From positions 1 through 64,000 of the IMG/VR virus record IMGVR_UViG_3300032214_000715: a DNA stretch of 64,000 nucleotides, one strand, 5' to 3'. The notes under the pieces were generated by a model. That model was not told where the DNA came from. It saw nothing but the letters and a program-made list of their open reading frames with translations, and did no database searches. The translations under genes were made by a program, and so were the position numbers. This document shows, in pieces, positions 29,653 to 40,273 of this stretch. Within the stretch, counting starts at the first letter, position 1; each line of letters opens with the position of its first letter.

Positions 29653-30462
29653 TATTTAGCATACGTGTATAGACTTACACACAAAATTAATGGGCATTTT
29701 TATATAGGATATCGATGTAGAAACATAAAACTCAAACTTCTTCCAGAAGATGATTTGGGAGTAGTATACTTTACTTCGTCAAAATATATTAATAAAACCA
29801 ATTTTTCTGAATATCACGCTGAGATATTATTTAAATCAACTTCTTCAAATGAAGCATATGATTTTGAAAATAAACTCATACAGGAATCTTGGAATAATCC
29901 CTTATTACTGAATAGAAGTTTTCAACAAAACGGAAATCTTAGATTCAAAATAACAGAGGACGGGTCTAACAAGCTGAGTAAACTAAATAAAAATAAAAAA
30001 TGGTATAACAACGGCGTCAAAGAAATTTATTCTCACTATAAACCAGATAATTTTGAAGAAGGGAGACTTAAAAATCCATTTCCAAAAAATAAAGGGTGGA
30101 CAAAAAATTATAATTGGTATAATAACGGGAACAAAGAAATACTTCTCGAAAAAGACAAAGTTCCTCCTTTCGGATTTATTAAAGGAAAATTACCTGCCAC
30201 AGAAGATACTAATAAAAAAATTAGTATCACTATGAAACAAATTGCCCCAGCAAAAGGAAAAAAATGGTATACTAACGGAAAACAGTCTGTTTTGACACAC
30301 AAGTGCCCACATGGGTGGAATCCAGGACACTCGCATGGATCAGGAAATTCTCATTTAAATAGAGATTACAGCGGCTATCATTGGTATACAGACGGAAAGA
30401 ACACTATAAGGGCACGAGAGTGCCCAGAAGGATTTTCATTAGGAAGAAAAGTTAAATTCTAG
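29650..30462 (+). CDS. GIY-YIG homing endonuclease-like with KWYxxG repeats
   Basis: [18 protein letters not shown]; five KWYNNG/WYTDG repeats; antisense to neighbours. Confidence 0.8.
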   Translation: MYLAYVYRLTHKINGHFYIGYRCRNIKLKLLPEDDLGVVYFTSSKYINKTNFSEYHAEILFKSTSSNEAYDFENKLIQESWNNPLLLNRSFQQNGNLRFKITEDGSNKLSKLNKNKKWYNNGVKEIYSHYKPDNFEEGRLKNPFPKNKGWTKNYNWYNNGNKEILLEKDKVPPFGFIKGKLPATEDTNKKISITMKQIAPAKGKKWYTNGKQSVLTHKCPHGWNPGHSHGSGNSHLNRDYSGYHWYTDGKNTIRARECPEGFSLGRKVKF

Positions 30463-31036
30463 AATTAATTACTTTGTCGGCTAATCCAAAATTAACTGAT
30501 GACTGAGCGTCCATATAGTTATCTCTAGTCATTGCTTGCTTTAATTCTTCTACACTTTTTCCGGTATTTTTTGAATATATATCTATAAGTGTATTATTCA
30601 GTCTAATCATTTCTTCCATTTGAATTTCTGCATCCCACACTGTTCCACGCGACCCGCCAGAAACAGAATGAATCATGTGTCTTGCTCGCGGCAATATAAA
30701 TCTTTTACTTTTGACGCCAGCACTCGCAAGTAAACTACCCATTGAGCAAACGCTTCCGATAGCTATGGTACTTACGTCGCAACTTATAAAATCCATAGTG
30801 TCCAATATAGCCAATCCAGCTGTAACAGACCCACCGGGACTATTAATATAGAGATGAATATCCTTATTGGAATCTTCGCTTTCTAGAAACAATAATTGAG
30901 CTACAATTAAATTTGCCATTTGATCATTAACTTCGCCTTCTAATAAAATAACTCTGTCTTTTAGAAGACGACTATAGATATCCATAGCCCTTTCGCCTTT
31001 TGAAGTGTTCTCAATTACCATTGGTACTAGTGCCAT
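30452..31036 (-). CDS. clpP: ATP-dependent Clp protease proteolytic subunit
   Basis: [21 protein letters not shown] (Ser), MIH, RDNY. Confidence 0.95.
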   Translation of the reverse strand: MALVPMVIENTSKGERAMDIYSRLLKDRVILLEGEVNDQMANLIVAQLLFLESEDSNKDIHLYINSPGGSVTAGLAILDTMDFISCDVSTIAIGSVCSMGSLLASAGVKSKRFILPRARHMIHSVSGGSRGTVWDAEIQMEEMIRLNNTLIDIYSKNTGKSVEELKQAMTRDNYMDAQSSVNFGLADKVINSRI

Positions 31037-31641
31037 TATTTAACCTTTCTTGTTGTTGAGTTTGTAATCATTTGTGTGGGTGTGGATATCATATCGCACA
31101 CTTTAAATTTTAGTGCCTCTTCGGCGCTAAGCCAACGATCTTGCGCCGGCAATAAGTATTCTTTTATCACATCATCGTCCGCTTCAGTACAAAGACGATA
31201 ATTTTCTATCATCCTTGTGTGAGTCAACTCATATTCACGCATAGTAGCAAAAAGCTCGTGTAGTTTTCCTTCGTTATACCAACTAAATTGATGAGATAGT
31301 ATGCTTGTATTTGGAGTTAGTGTTCTACGACCCTTTGTACCGTTCATAAAAATAAGTAATCCACAACTAGCAATCTGCCCTAGACCTACTGTTTTAATCG
31401 GTATGTTGCTGTTTCTCATTACATCAATCAGAGCAAAAGTAGTTTGTAATTCTCCGCCCTCGCTACAGATCAGTAACTGTAACTCAGTCTTTTTTTTCTT
31501 AGAAACGTAGTTTTCGTACAGAATCCATTCAATAACCGGCTTTATTGACTCGTCATTTACTTCGCCCATAAACACGTATATTCCGGAATTATTCAATGCT
31601 TCAGAATGCGTGCTATCAGTGTCTTCTTGTTCAGTTGCCAT
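31036..31641 (-). CDS. clpP: Second, divergent ClpP paralog
   Basis: ICSEGG, IASCG (Ser), [13 protein letters not shown]. Confidence 0.85.
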   Translation of the reverse strand: MATEQEDTDSTHSEALNNSGIYVFMGEVNDESIKPVIEWILYENYVSKKKKTELQLLICSEGGELQTTFALIDVMRNSNIPIKTVGLGQIASCGLLIFMNGTKGRRTLTPNTSILSHQFSWYNEGKLHELFATMREYELTHTRMIENYRLCTEADDDVIKEYLLPAQDRWLSAEEALKFKVCDMISTPTQMITNSTTRKVK

Positions 31642-31745
31642 AGTGTAATCCTTTGTGTATACTACATTAAAAATTTATCACGGTCAAGCGATAAGGAAAA
31701 TTTTTACTTACAGTCGTACCAATAAATATTACTGAGGAGAACATT

Positions 31746-31994
31746 ATGTTTAAGAAAATAAAAGAATTCTTTTTTGGGAAAGCAGAGCAAAAACCAGAAC
31801 AAGAGAAGATAGTACCGCCTATGATCAACGATCAAATCACCGATTCTGTTACTCAAGCAAATCCAAAGAGACCGCGTAGACCAAGAGCATTAAAAAATTC
31901 AGAAGTAAAATCTTCTCAATCAAAAAGTACCGCTCCAGCTATAAAAGCAGTTGCTTCAAAGACAGCAAAGAAAACTACAACGAATAAAAAATAA
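31746..31994 (+). CDS. Late basic hypothetical protein
   Basis: ATAAATA 31722-31728, GAGGAG SD; Lys/Ala-rich tail. Confidence 0.6.
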   Translation: MFKKIKEFFFGKAEQKPEQEKIVPPMINDQITDSVTQANPKRPRRPRALKNSEVKSSQSKSTAPAIKAVASKTAKKTTTNKK

Positions 31995-32695
31995 TGAAAA
32001 CTTCACTGGCAATAGACTTTATAAGTGATTTGAACTTGGATCACGATGATGTGTTTGACTGGTCCGACAAGCCTACTAGCTTATTTTGTGTTGTTGCCGG
32101 CGGAATAAGTTACAGTATTGAAAAAGTAAAAGAAGTACTAGATCATTTAAGTAAGCATTATCGTGGTATATTTTACATTGATGGAGCGCTAGAACACGAG
32201 TTGATTCCGGAATATGAAAGTAACATAGAGCAAATTAAGACTATCTGCGATAACATCAACAATGTGGTATTCTTACACAATCACGTTGTTGTTCTAAATG
32301 GGGTCGCGTTTGTTGCGTGTAATGGATGGTTTAGAAACAATCCTAATATTCAAACATCCGATGACATCGCGCTAGTATCAAGTCTAAAAATAGAAGATAT
32401 TGGCTATTTAACTAACACTATAAAAAATCTACAAAGTCACAGTGAGACCAAGCAAATAGTTGTTATTACAAGTTCAATACCGTCAGAGGAATTTTTATAC
32501 AAGTCCGAACACGAACTACAGGATAAAGTTGATCCAATAATAGCATTGCTAAACGATACCTCAAGTAAAGTAAAAACTTGGCTATTTGGCGGATCAAATT
32601 TATCGGTAGACGTTAAATTGAATAGCAGACGTTATGTTAATAACTCATTTAATTCTGCTCAGCCGTACTGGCCAAAAAGAATTGAAATAGATTAA
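31994..32695 (+). CDS. Degenerate metallophosphoesterase-fold protein
   Basis: ISDLNL (SDLH variant), AGGI, GALEHE in place of GNHE, WLFG. Confidence 0.6.
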   Translation: MKTSLAIDFISDLNLDHDDVFDWSDKPTSLFCVVAGGISYSIEKVKEVLDHLSKHYRGIFYIDGALEHELIPEYESNIEQIKTICDNINNVVFLHNHVVVLNGVAFVACNGWFRNNPNIQTSDDIALVSSLKIEDIGYLTNTIKNLQSHSETKQIVVITSSIPSEEFLYKSEHELQDKVDPIIALLNDTSSKVKTWLFGGSNLSVDVKLNSRRYVNNSFNSAQPYWPKRIEID

Positions 32696-32997
32696 GCTTC
32701 GCTTTCTATTTTAATTTGTAATGGATACCCTTGATTTCTTGCTTCAACTGTAACTTCTATTCCTTTTTGCTCGGCAATTTCGTAAGGAAGTACAGCCACT
32801 ACGGCACTACCACTGGTATGAATGTTTTCTGTTACTTTAATCGCCGAGTCACTAGTGTAATCAAAGTGAGACATTAAACTTTCTACTACAAATTCCATAG
32901 TAGTTATATCATCATTTACATAGATAATCTTAAACAGAGAAGGCTCTGAAATTTTTAGATTGGGTTTAATTTTTGTTTTGGTTTCTGTGTTTGCCAT
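32692..32997 (-). CDS. clpS: ClpS adaptor protein
   Basis: YVNDDITTMEFVV...IHTSGSAVV...AEQK. Confidence 0.88.
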   Translation of the reverse strand: MANTETKTKIKPNLKISEPSLFKIIYVNDDITTMEFVVESLMSHFDYTSDSAIKVTENIHTSGSAVVAVLPYEIAEQKGIEVTVEARNQGYPLQIKIESEA

Positions 32998-33044
32998 ATT
33001 GTGTTCCTATACACAGTGAGATATCTCACTGTGTATTTATTATA

Positions 33045-33479
33045 TTACTTAACGTAAGTTATAGCAATAGATTTTGGTCGGCTTTCTTCTGGAATTACAC
33101 GCTCCAAATGAATACTAAGAATTCCATTCTCTTGTGTGGCATCACGCACTTCTACGTGATCAGCAAGAGTCCAACTACGTACAAAATCACGACTGCTCAA
33201 ACCACGATGTACATAATCATAATGATCGTTACCAGTTTGTTTTCCTTCAATAGTTAGTTGCTGCTGCTTCACAGTAATGTTAATATCCCCCTGCTTAAAA
33301 CCAGCCACTGCTAATTCAATGAGCCAATTGTTTTCATCGGTTTTGATGATGTTAAAAGGGGGATAATTAGTTTGATTCGCACGTACAGCTTCTTCAAAGT
33401 GATCAAACATACGATCAAAGCCTACACCAAAGCGATGTAGTTGTGGAATATCAATAGAACGAACTTGTAGATTTGTCAT
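33045..33479 (-). CDS. Small heat shock protein Hsp20 (IbpA-like)
   Basis: GVGFDRMF, NYPPFNI, LAVAGF, HRGLSSRDF, NGILSI. Confidence 0.92.
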   Translation of the reverse strand: MTNLQVRSIDIPQLHRFGVGFDRMFDHFEEAVRANQTNYPPFNIIKTDENNWLIELAVAGFKQGDINITVKQQQLTIEGKQTGNDHYDYVHRGLSSRDFVRSWTLADHVEVRDATQENGILSIHLERVIPEESRPKSIAITYVK

Positions 33480-33614
33480 TTTATTTCTCCTATAAGCAAG
33501 AATGACTTTTGAACCGTAACCCTCTAGGGCGTTACTAATGTAGTGTGACTCATTCACACTACATTCTTATTTATCTTAACATACACTACGCAAAATAGTA
33601 TACTATTTTGGTAA

Positions 33615-33821
33615 TTAGTACATCTTTTTTGGAAGTTCCTGACTATCTAGATATTTTTTCCAGCGATTACGAGCTTTGCTCTTTGCTACTTTTTTATCTA
33701 TGCTGGGCTTTACATAAAATTCACGTTCTCGTAGTGTTTGTAGCAAACCACTATCGGCTACTTTCTTTTTGAACTTACGCATCGCAATTTCGAAATTGTC
33801 TTTTGTATTAACTACCTTCAT
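33615..33821 (-). CDS. rpsU: Ribosomal protein S21
   Basis: FEIAMRKFKKKV..SG....REFYVKPS. Confidence 0.88.
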   Translation of the reverse strand: MKVVNTKDNFEIAMRKFKKKVADSGLLQTLREREFYVKPSIDKKVAKSKARNRWKKYLDSQELPKKMY

Positions 33822-35032
33822 TGTTTCTCCAACAAAAACTTAGCGTCTTGTACTAATTCCGCTGTTATATTTATACTCTTTATCTTTTCTTTAAGATAAC
33901 TCTGTATATTGTACATATGAGGCAAAAGCACTCTTTCTATTTCACTGTGTAAGCCTCTTGCCCCAGTTTTTAGAGATAAACAATTTTCTGCTATAAGTTC
34001 TATAGCATTGTTATCAAATGAAAGTGATATTCCATCTAACTGAAATAGATACTTGTATTGATCAATATAGCTATTTTTTACATTTAACAAAATTTGAATC
34101 AATTGTTCTTTTGTCAATTCTCCAATAGACACTCTGCTGGTAAATCTTCCAGTAAATTCCGGTATCATTCCAAATTTAGTCAAGTCATCAGGAGTAACTA
34201 GTGGTAAATAATCCTGTTCTTTTACGTCAGCTTTTATTTTTGCTCCAAAGCCAATACTGTTTCCATCTACTCGTTTAGCTATGATTTCATTTAATCCAAC
34301 GAATGCTCCTCCGGCAATAAAGAGAATATTAGTAGTATCCACTTCTATCATATCGCTATTTGGGTTTTTTCGCTTGCTGCCCTGTGGCACTCTACACATA
34401 GTGCCTTCTACTAATTTAAGCAGTGCTTGTTGAACACCCTCACCGCTAACGTCACGTGTGATACTGGCACTTTCACTTTTACGAGCAACTTTGTCGATTT
34501 CGTCTATAAATACTATACCACGTTGAGCCTTGTCAACGTCTCCATCGGCGGCAGCCAATAGTCTAACAATCATACTTTCAACATCGTCGCCAACATAGCC
34601 AGCTTCAGTTAAGCTAGTAGCATCGGCCACGACAAATGGAACATCCAGATACTCGGCAACCGTTTTTGCTAACAATGTTTTTCCACTGCCAGTGGGTCCC
34701 AATACAAGAACATTACTTTTTTGTATTTTGATGTTTGAATCTTTATTGTTGATTCTCTTGTAATGATTGCTCACGGCAACACTTAGTATCATTTTGGCGT
34801 GTTCTTGCCCAATAACATAACGATCCAAGAACGATTTGATATCATCTGGATACAAACTCGTCTTTACATTTTGTAAATCGTTGATGCTATCGGACTCATC
34901 CAATAGTAACTCATTACATAGTTCAACGCAGTCATTACATATGGCTGTTTTTTCACCTACGATTAGCTTTTTTACTACACTCTTGTGTTTACCACAAAAG
35001 GAGCATTCTTGGAAATAAAGTACTTCGCTCAT
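33818..35032 (-). CDS. clpX: ClpX ATPase
   Basis: CSFC zinc domain, [23 protein letters not shown] loop, GARGL. Confidence 0.97.
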   Translation of the reverse strand: MSEVLYFQECSFCGKHKSVVKKLIVGEKTAICNDCVELCNELLLDESDSINDLQNVKTSLYPDDIKSFLDRYVIGQEHAKMILSVAVSNHYKRINNKDSNIKIQKSNVLVLGPTGSGKTLLAKTVAEYLDVPFVVADATSLTEAGYVGDDVESMIVRLLAAADGDVDKAQRGIVFIDEIDKVARKSESASITRDVSGEGVQQALLKLVEGTMCRVPQGSKRKNPNSDMIEVDTTNILFIAGGAFVGLNEIIAKRVDGNSIGFGAKIKADVKEQDYLPLVTPDDLTKFGMIPEFTGRFTSRVSIGELTKEQLIQILLNVKNSYIDQYKYLFQLDGISLSFDNNAIELIAENCLSLKTGARGLHSEIERVLLPHMYNIQSYLKEKIKSINITAELVQDAKFLLEKQ

Positions 35033-35057
35033 TAATTTAGTTGTAATATACAGATAT

Positions 35058-36566
35058 TTAGTTATTTTTTAAGTAATTTGATATTTCAGCTTGTTCGCCA
35101 TCGGTCAAGTACTCTAGCTTGTATTTGTTTGCTTCTAACTGAGAAATCAAGTACATAATGTATTTTACACTATGTGTGTAATCAGTCACTACTTTTTTAT
35201 CAATGCTTACCCATTTTTTAGAATCAAACACGTACACCTTATTTGGAACACTATCTGTTCTTATATAAAACTCTCCATTAAACGCTTCCTTAGGAAACTC
35301 AGTTCCAAAATTTACAATAGTCGTATTTTTGCTTGAGTTCTTAAATACCAAATCAGGTCTAATAGCTTTCAGCGCGTTTATACTGGTTAATTTTCCATTA
35401 TAGTGAACATAGGACTGATCTTCATAAAATTTAATTTTTTCAACAGTATTACTAGTATCCTCACTGTTAGTCTCGATTACTATTGTAGTTGGTAGCAGAT
35501 TGTAACGAGTACTGTAATTATCAGCACGATAATCGGCGACGTTATGCGGAACATCATCTTCATTCGATGAGTGCTTAAACACTTGTGGACCTACTGGTTC
35601 AACACCCGGTGGATGTCTAGTGTCTGGAGTTTTAAATAAATATTTGTGTTTACTCAAATCAAACTGATCTTTTATCGCATCTGATAAATTTTCTGCTGTG
35701 ACTGGCTCAACACCGTCATTTAACGCTTTTTGCTCTATATCATCTGTCGTTTCAGTCACCTCATCAGTCATCACAGCTTGTTGTGGTTTCTTTTCTTCTC
35801 GTTCCCATTTTAGACTGTTATTTGCGGCCAAAATTAATATGATGGCAAGCGGATCAAACACAATAACTATCATAATAATTACCCAGCGAACCGCTCTTTC
35901 AAGTAAATTTGTATCGGGATTATCACCGTATATCAGCGCTGCGATATATTTAATTGGCCCAACTTCTGCCTCTACTTTGCGCTGACTTGCTGATATTGGT
36001 GCTCGTTCCTCGTTGAGTTTAGCAATTATTGTTTGTGCCTCGCCAATTTCCTTTTGTAGCTTTGTTCTTTCTGCTGACTGTTGACGGCGAATTTGTACAG
36101 AACGTTCAGCACTCTGCTCACTATCACTGCGAGACATTCTTTGATTTACTTGCTCGTCCATCTGCTGTAATGCGCGACGAGCAGTATCTATATTATCACG
36201 CTGTGTTTTAATTTTTTCATCAATCAACGCAACTTTTGCCGCTACATCTCCGCTAACTAATCCGGTGTCACTGTGTGCTTTTGAAAGTAATCCAAAAATT
36301 CCCATACTGGTTAAAAATGCCAGCGCAATAACCGCTGCGGTAAGATAAAGCTTGATGCTCCAAGCGGCACGATTCCAATATTTGTGTAGCCATACTGTAG
36401 TAGTAATTTTGGCTATCTCTAAAATTGCTCCCATTACTATGATTGGGATAACTGCTCCGGCAAATATCGCAGTCAAACCAATTACACTGTAATAAGCGGC
36501 AATAGCACTGATACACAGTGCTATAAATAGTACAAATCTACTAAAGGTAAAAAAATTATTAAGCAT
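35058..36566 (-). CDS. Membrane protein with long coiled coil
   Basis: 3 N-terminal TM, coiled coil, TM pair; CTAAATA 36573-36579. Confidence 0.7.
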   Translation of the reverse strand: MLNNFFTFSRFVLFIALCISAIAAYYSVIGLTAIFAGAVIPIIVMGAILEIAKITTTVWLHKYWNRAAWSIKLYLTAAVIALAFLTSMGIFGLLSKAHSDTGLVSGDVAAKVALIDEKIKTQRDNIDTARRALQQMDEQVNQRMSRSDSEQSAERSVQIRRQQSAERTKLQKEIGEAQTIIAKLNEERAPISASQRKVEAEVGPIKYIAALIYGDNPDTNLLERAVRWVIIMIVIVFDPLAIILILAANNSLKWEREEKKPQQAVMTDEVTETTDDIEQKALNDGVEPVTAENLSDAIKDQFDLSKHKYLFKTPDTRHPPGVEPVGPQVFKHSSNEDDVPHNVADYRADNYSTRYNLLPTTIVIETNSEDTSNTVEKIKFYEDQSYVHYNGKLTSINALKAIRPDLVFKNSSKNTTIVNFGTEFPKEAFNGEFYIRTDSVPNKVYVFDSKKWVSIDKKVVTDYTHSVKYIMYLISQLEANKYKLEYLTDGEQAEISNYLKNN

Positions 36567-36606
36567 AGATAGTATTTAGCGACAAGATGTCGCTCAAAAC
36601 ACTAGA

Positions 36607-37056
36607 CTACTTTACTAGACTATACACAAGCATGAATTGCTCATATGCTTTCTTTACTTCAGGATGTTGTAGCTTTTTATTGGCCTCAACGATTAAAGCA
36701 TCTACTCCAGCTTCGGCTGCTTCTCTGGCACTTGGCCATTCTAATTGTTTTGCGCTTTTTCCGAATACTTCAACTAAATTATCCCACGCTTGTTTTTGTT
36801 CGGGCGTGAGTAGTGTTTTAGATTCACGATGTCTTAGAGAAGTAGCTTGAACTAATACTCCACTAATAGCATCAGTGGCAAACGTTCCAGCCGCAATTAA
36901 TGGAGCAAATTCTGGATCAATATTATAGCGTGTGATCTTATGCCCAGGCTCACTTACAACAATGTGTGTGCCCTTTTGATAGGCATCCATCAACTGATCG
37001 TCATACTCCTTGACCGGAATATATTTACGACCTTCTTTTCTGTAAAAAGTAGTCAT
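36607..37056 (-). CDS. Hypothetical protein
   Basis: 149 aa ORF in coupled operon. Confidence 0.65.
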   Translation of the reverse strand: MTTFYRKEGRKYIPVKEYDDQLMDAYQKGTHIVVSEPGHKITRYNIDPEFAPLIAAGTFATDAISGVLVQATSLRHRESKTLLTPEQKQAWDNLVEVFGKSAKQLEWPSAREAAEAGVDALIVEANKKLQHPEVKKAYEQFMLVYSLVK

Positions 37057-37277
37057 ACAACTTTGCCTAATACTTCGTAAATGTAACTATCTAACTCAGC
37101 ATCAAAGGACTTGCCTATACGGCGCAGTTCATAAATTCTCATTAGCAGTTCATTATCACCGTCAACGTTTTGTCCACGATTTTCTAATTCTTCAACTAAA
37201 TCAGCAGTATCGATATCCGCCAAATCAATGTCTACAGTGACATAGGTTTCAACAGGTATGGTTCGTTTGTATCTCAT
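37053..37277 (-). CDS. Hypothetical protein
   Basis: Coupled ORF. Confidence 0.6.
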   Translation of the reverse strand: MRYKRTIPVETYVTVDIDLADIDTADLVEELENRGQNVDGDNELLMRIYELRRIGKSFDAELDSYIYEVLGKVV

Positions 37278-37279
37278 GA

Positions 37280-37558
37280 TTACCTCGCCAGAATTTCTAC
37301 AATTTTCTTTGAATCAACAACATCAATTACTTCTTTGGTATCCTTGACTACCATTTCTAGTTCAACGATTTCCCATTCACCTAAGTCTACGTGTCTGCTG
37401 TACCGACCGTACTGACAATTCATAACACCAGTTAAGAATGCCCTAAGTCGTCCCATTTTTTGAAAGATACGCCCAGTGCCATCATATGAAAGATAGTGTG
37501 GGGTACCCTTCACAAAAAGGCCTGTTTCTTTATGCCGAATTTTGTAGTAAACAGTCAT
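37280..37558 (-). CDS. Hypothetical protein
   Basis: Coupled ORF. Confidence 0.6.
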   Translation of the reverse strand: MTVYYKIRHKETGLFVKGTPHYLSYDGTGRIFQKMGRLRAFLTGVMNCQYGRYSRHVDLGEWEIVELEMVVKDTKEVIDVVDSKKIVEILAR

Positions 37559-37842
37559 CAGTCATACTCAACATGATGAATCATCTTTTCGCCCATCCAA
37601 GGGCTACCACTCTCTGGACGATAGTGTGTACCATCTCCGTGTTCTTCTAATGACTTACTCATGCGAGTGAATTCCTCACGGGTGATTTCATGACCAGTGA
37701 TAATCTGTTCACCTAAACTCATTTGACTGAATTCTTCGGCTTCTTCCATAGCTACAGTATCATAAGCATGATCTAGACTCTTACAGTCAATCACGTACTT
37801 GTGACGAAATGTGTGAATAGTTTCAACTACAAATAATGGCAT
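37558..37842 (-). CDS. Hypothetical protein
   Basis: Coupled ORF. Confidence 0.6.
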   Translation of the reverse strand: MPLFVVETIHTFRHKYVIDCKSLDHAYDTVAMEEAEEFSQMSLGEQIITGHEITREEFTRMSKSLEEHGDGTHYRPESGSPWMGEKMIHHVEYD

Positions 37843-37844
37843 GG

Positions 37845-38438
37845 TTATTCCTCTTCTGTTTCTTCAATATGATGTAGTGAGAAGTCACCGTACTTGCCAG
37901 ACCAGTCACCGCCGTAGTTTTCAATGTCTACGCCATTATATTCTACACTGGTGATAACTTCGCAGTTCTCGACTTCTGTTACTTTAAACTTTAGTAATTT
38001 AGGATCAAACTTTTCAATTTCAATTTCACCATGGAAGTATAGTCCCTTACCTCCTTGTTCCCAGTATACGTAGTATCCAGGCTTTAGATCATCAATGAAC
38101 GTTGACTCAATACACTCCATATTTTCATCGGTGCCATCTTCCTCATTCAGGAACGCTGAGATTTCATCATTGAAAATTTCAGTTTCGCCTTCCTTGATAA
38201 CTAGCGTACTATAGTTGGCGTCAGCTCCATATGCTTCTGCTTCACTAGAATAGTCATTGTAATACCATTCAAACCGCGCATCTTCGGGAACTTCTTCTGA
38301 ATCATAGTCAATATTTTGATTTAGCGCTTCGCCCAAATCAGCTTCACGCTCAGACCAATATTCGTATTGTTCTTTGGTAATCTCACCAATACCGACTTCG
38401 TATCCGCGACTATAAATTTCAATTTTATACTTATTCAT
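37845..38438 (-). CDS. Acidic hypothetical protein
   Basis: 197 aa, Glu/Asp rich. Confidence 0.65.
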   Translation of the reverse strand: MNKYKIEIYSRGYEVGIGEITKEQYEYWSEREADLGEALNQNIDYDSEEVPEDARFEWYYNDYSSEAEAYGADANYSTLVIKEGETEIFNDEISAFLNEEDGTDENMECIESTFIDDLKPGYYVYWEQGGKGLYFHGEIEIEKFDPKLLKFKVTEVENCEVITSVEYNGVDIENYGGDWSGKYGDFSLHHIEETEEE

Positions 38439-38712
38439 CGTTATCTCCTAGTTCGTAAGTTACATCAAACCCGCCCTTACGACTTGTCCACCAGTCATCA
38501 TAGACAGGATTCCATTCTAGATCAACATCGTTATTAATAGCGTCAGTTACGATATCATCAATGTCTGCTTCACCGTTTTCAAGAGCAACGAGAAATTTCT
38601 CTAGTTCTTCTTCTGGTAGATCAGGATAAATCTCTGACAATAAATCAATATCAAAATTTAGTTCAAACTGACTATCCACTTGGTGCCATTCGTGCTTTAC
38701 TACAGTTACCAT
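38431..38712 (-). CDS. Acidic hypothetical protein
   Basis: Coupled ORF. Confidence 0.6.
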   Translation of the reverse strand: MVTVVKHEWHQVDSQFELNFDIDLLSEIYPDLPEEELEKFLVALENGEADIDDIVTDAINNDVDLEWNPVYDDWWTSRKGGFDVTYELGDNDE

Positions 38713-38713
38713 T

Positions 38714-38953
38714 TTACTTCTCCAGTTTGTTGCGTAGTGCTTCTAGATTATTGTTGATGTTGATCATTAGAGCGATATAGCCACATGTTAGAATGCCTAC
38801 ACCAATAATTGTAAGAGACTCAAATACTGCGCCTAGAAAGTTCTCAGTAAGAAGATCAACGAATTTAAAAATTGCCAGGAAAGCAAAGATGCCAGCTAAA
38901 ACCTTGTTTAAGTGATCCAAGCTTTCTACGATTGTTGTATTGAATTTGCCCAA
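38714..38953 (-). CDS. Two-TM membrane protein (TTG start)
   Basis: Two hydrophobic helices; GGAG SD. Confidence 0.55.
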   Translation of the reverse strand: MGKFNTTIVESLDHLNKVLAGIFAFLAIFKFVDLLTENFLGAVFESLTIIGVGILTCGYIALMININNNLEALRNKLEK

Positions 38954-39044
38954 GATGTACTCCTGATGTTAAGTTGTTATTATATGATCTTGTTGATATA
39001 GAAGCAATAATTTTGGATTAATGACAGCATTCAAACATCAATCA

Positions 39045-39245
39045 TTATTTTAACCCAAAGTGTTCTTTAATTTCTTTAGCAGTTGCTGTATCACCTTTGA
39101 ACACAGCAATCTTTACGCATTCAAACAGAATTAAGTCGGCGAACTTTTCAATATTCTCATAACCAACCAATGCTCGTTCCCTCGGTGCACCACCAATAGG
39201 AACTGCCCTAGCCTGTTCGGCAAGTTCTCTAACTAGTCCGTTCAT
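39045..39245 (-). CDS. MNERIKE-family paralog
   Basis: ELAEQA, KFADLILFEC, IKEHFGLK. Confidence 0.75.
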   Translation of the reverse strand: MNGLVRELAEQARAVPIGGAPRERALVGYENIEKFADLILFECVKIAVFKGDTATAKEIKEHFGLK

Positions 39246-39619
39246 CGTGGATCCATTCCGCCATCACTGACCACATCGCTATAAGTAGCACCGCCGCCTT
39301 CTTGAAGTTTCTTCTTTAGACGACGGATTTCAGCCTTGAGATTACGATTCTCATAGTCTGCCCAACCGGCACGTTCCTGCATCTCTGTCATTTGCTTGAC
39401 GAAGTCTCGATCACTTGGTGTTAGGTCTTCTTCAGGTGTGATGATGAATTTACCATGATCCCAATCAAAGCCCATCTGGATATTTTTTACCTTAACAGTA
39501 GGTAGTCCACCAACAGTAGAGTATGGCAGTTTGATCTTAATCACCACTTCGGGGTCTTCGTAGTGACCATCACGGTGGTGGCAATCAACAATGTGCTTTA
39601 GTTCACTTAGTTTCATCAT
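39242..39619 (-). CDS. Hypothetical protein
   Basis: 125 aa coupled ORF after GGGAGTTGA junction. Confidence 0.6.
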   Translation of the reverse strand: MMKLSELKHIVDCHHRDGHYEDPEVVIKIKLPYSTVGGLPTVKVKNIQMGFDWDHGKFIITPEEDLTPSDRDFVKQMTEMQERAGWADYENRNLKAEIRRLKKKLQEGGGATYSDVVSDGGMDPR

Positions 39620-39921
39620 TCAACTCCCGTTCTTCTTACGTTGTTGGATATAGTATTCATCCATCTTCTTTTTCCATTCTTCGGGTGTAGGATCACGAAA
39701 GTATCCTTGTGGCTTACTTGAACCACGCCCGCTTTTGAAACTATTGTATGCTGTTCTAAAACTCACGATTCAACTCCTATTCAACACTGCCTGTAGAGCA
39801 TAGACAGCATCGTGTGTAGTAAAGAGTATAACATCATTTTCAATTACTGTATAGAGGTTAGGTTCTACCTCATTGGCTTCATTTACCCGCTTTTCAACTT
39901 TTAGAACTATAGTTTCAGTTT

Positions 39922-40155
39922 TCACGATTCAACTCCAAAAAATGTTTTATGTAAGGCTTCGAGATAATCGTCTGTGCCCATATGCGAATTGCCATTGTCA
40001 ATCTTACTATAGATGCCAGCACATTCTTTCACAATCAACTCGGCGAGTTTTTCCGCAAACGCATATAATTCAGGGTTGGCAGAAATTTTCCTGTTGACTG
40101 TTTCTTCTGCCATAAACTTTGCCTGATTCGCAAGTTCCTTAATTCGTTCGTTCAT
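39922..40155 (-). CDS. MNERIKE-family paralog
   Basis: MNERIKELA, LAELIVKEC, FFGVES. Confidence 0.8.
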   Translation of the reverse strand: MNERIKELANQAKFMAEETVNRKISANPELYAFAEKLAELIVKECAGIYSKIDNGNSHMGTDDYLEALHKTFFGVES

Positions 40156-40273
40156 TTTGTTATCCTATATCCTACATACCAGAGATCAATACGGAAAAAC
40201 CAATTGCCTTTATTTTTACCAAAGCCGATTCGTAGCATACGGTCATCTTTGTCTAGTAAGATTTTTGTCAACA

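Noticed and set aside
29650-30462. Group I intron around the endonuclease genes
   Set aside because: The endonucleases are free-standing and antisense, flanking genes are uninterrupted, and no P/Q/R/S core was recognised
40240-40272. TTGACA at about 40266-40271 as an early promoter
   Set aside because: No acceptable -10 hexamer at 16-18 nt spacing
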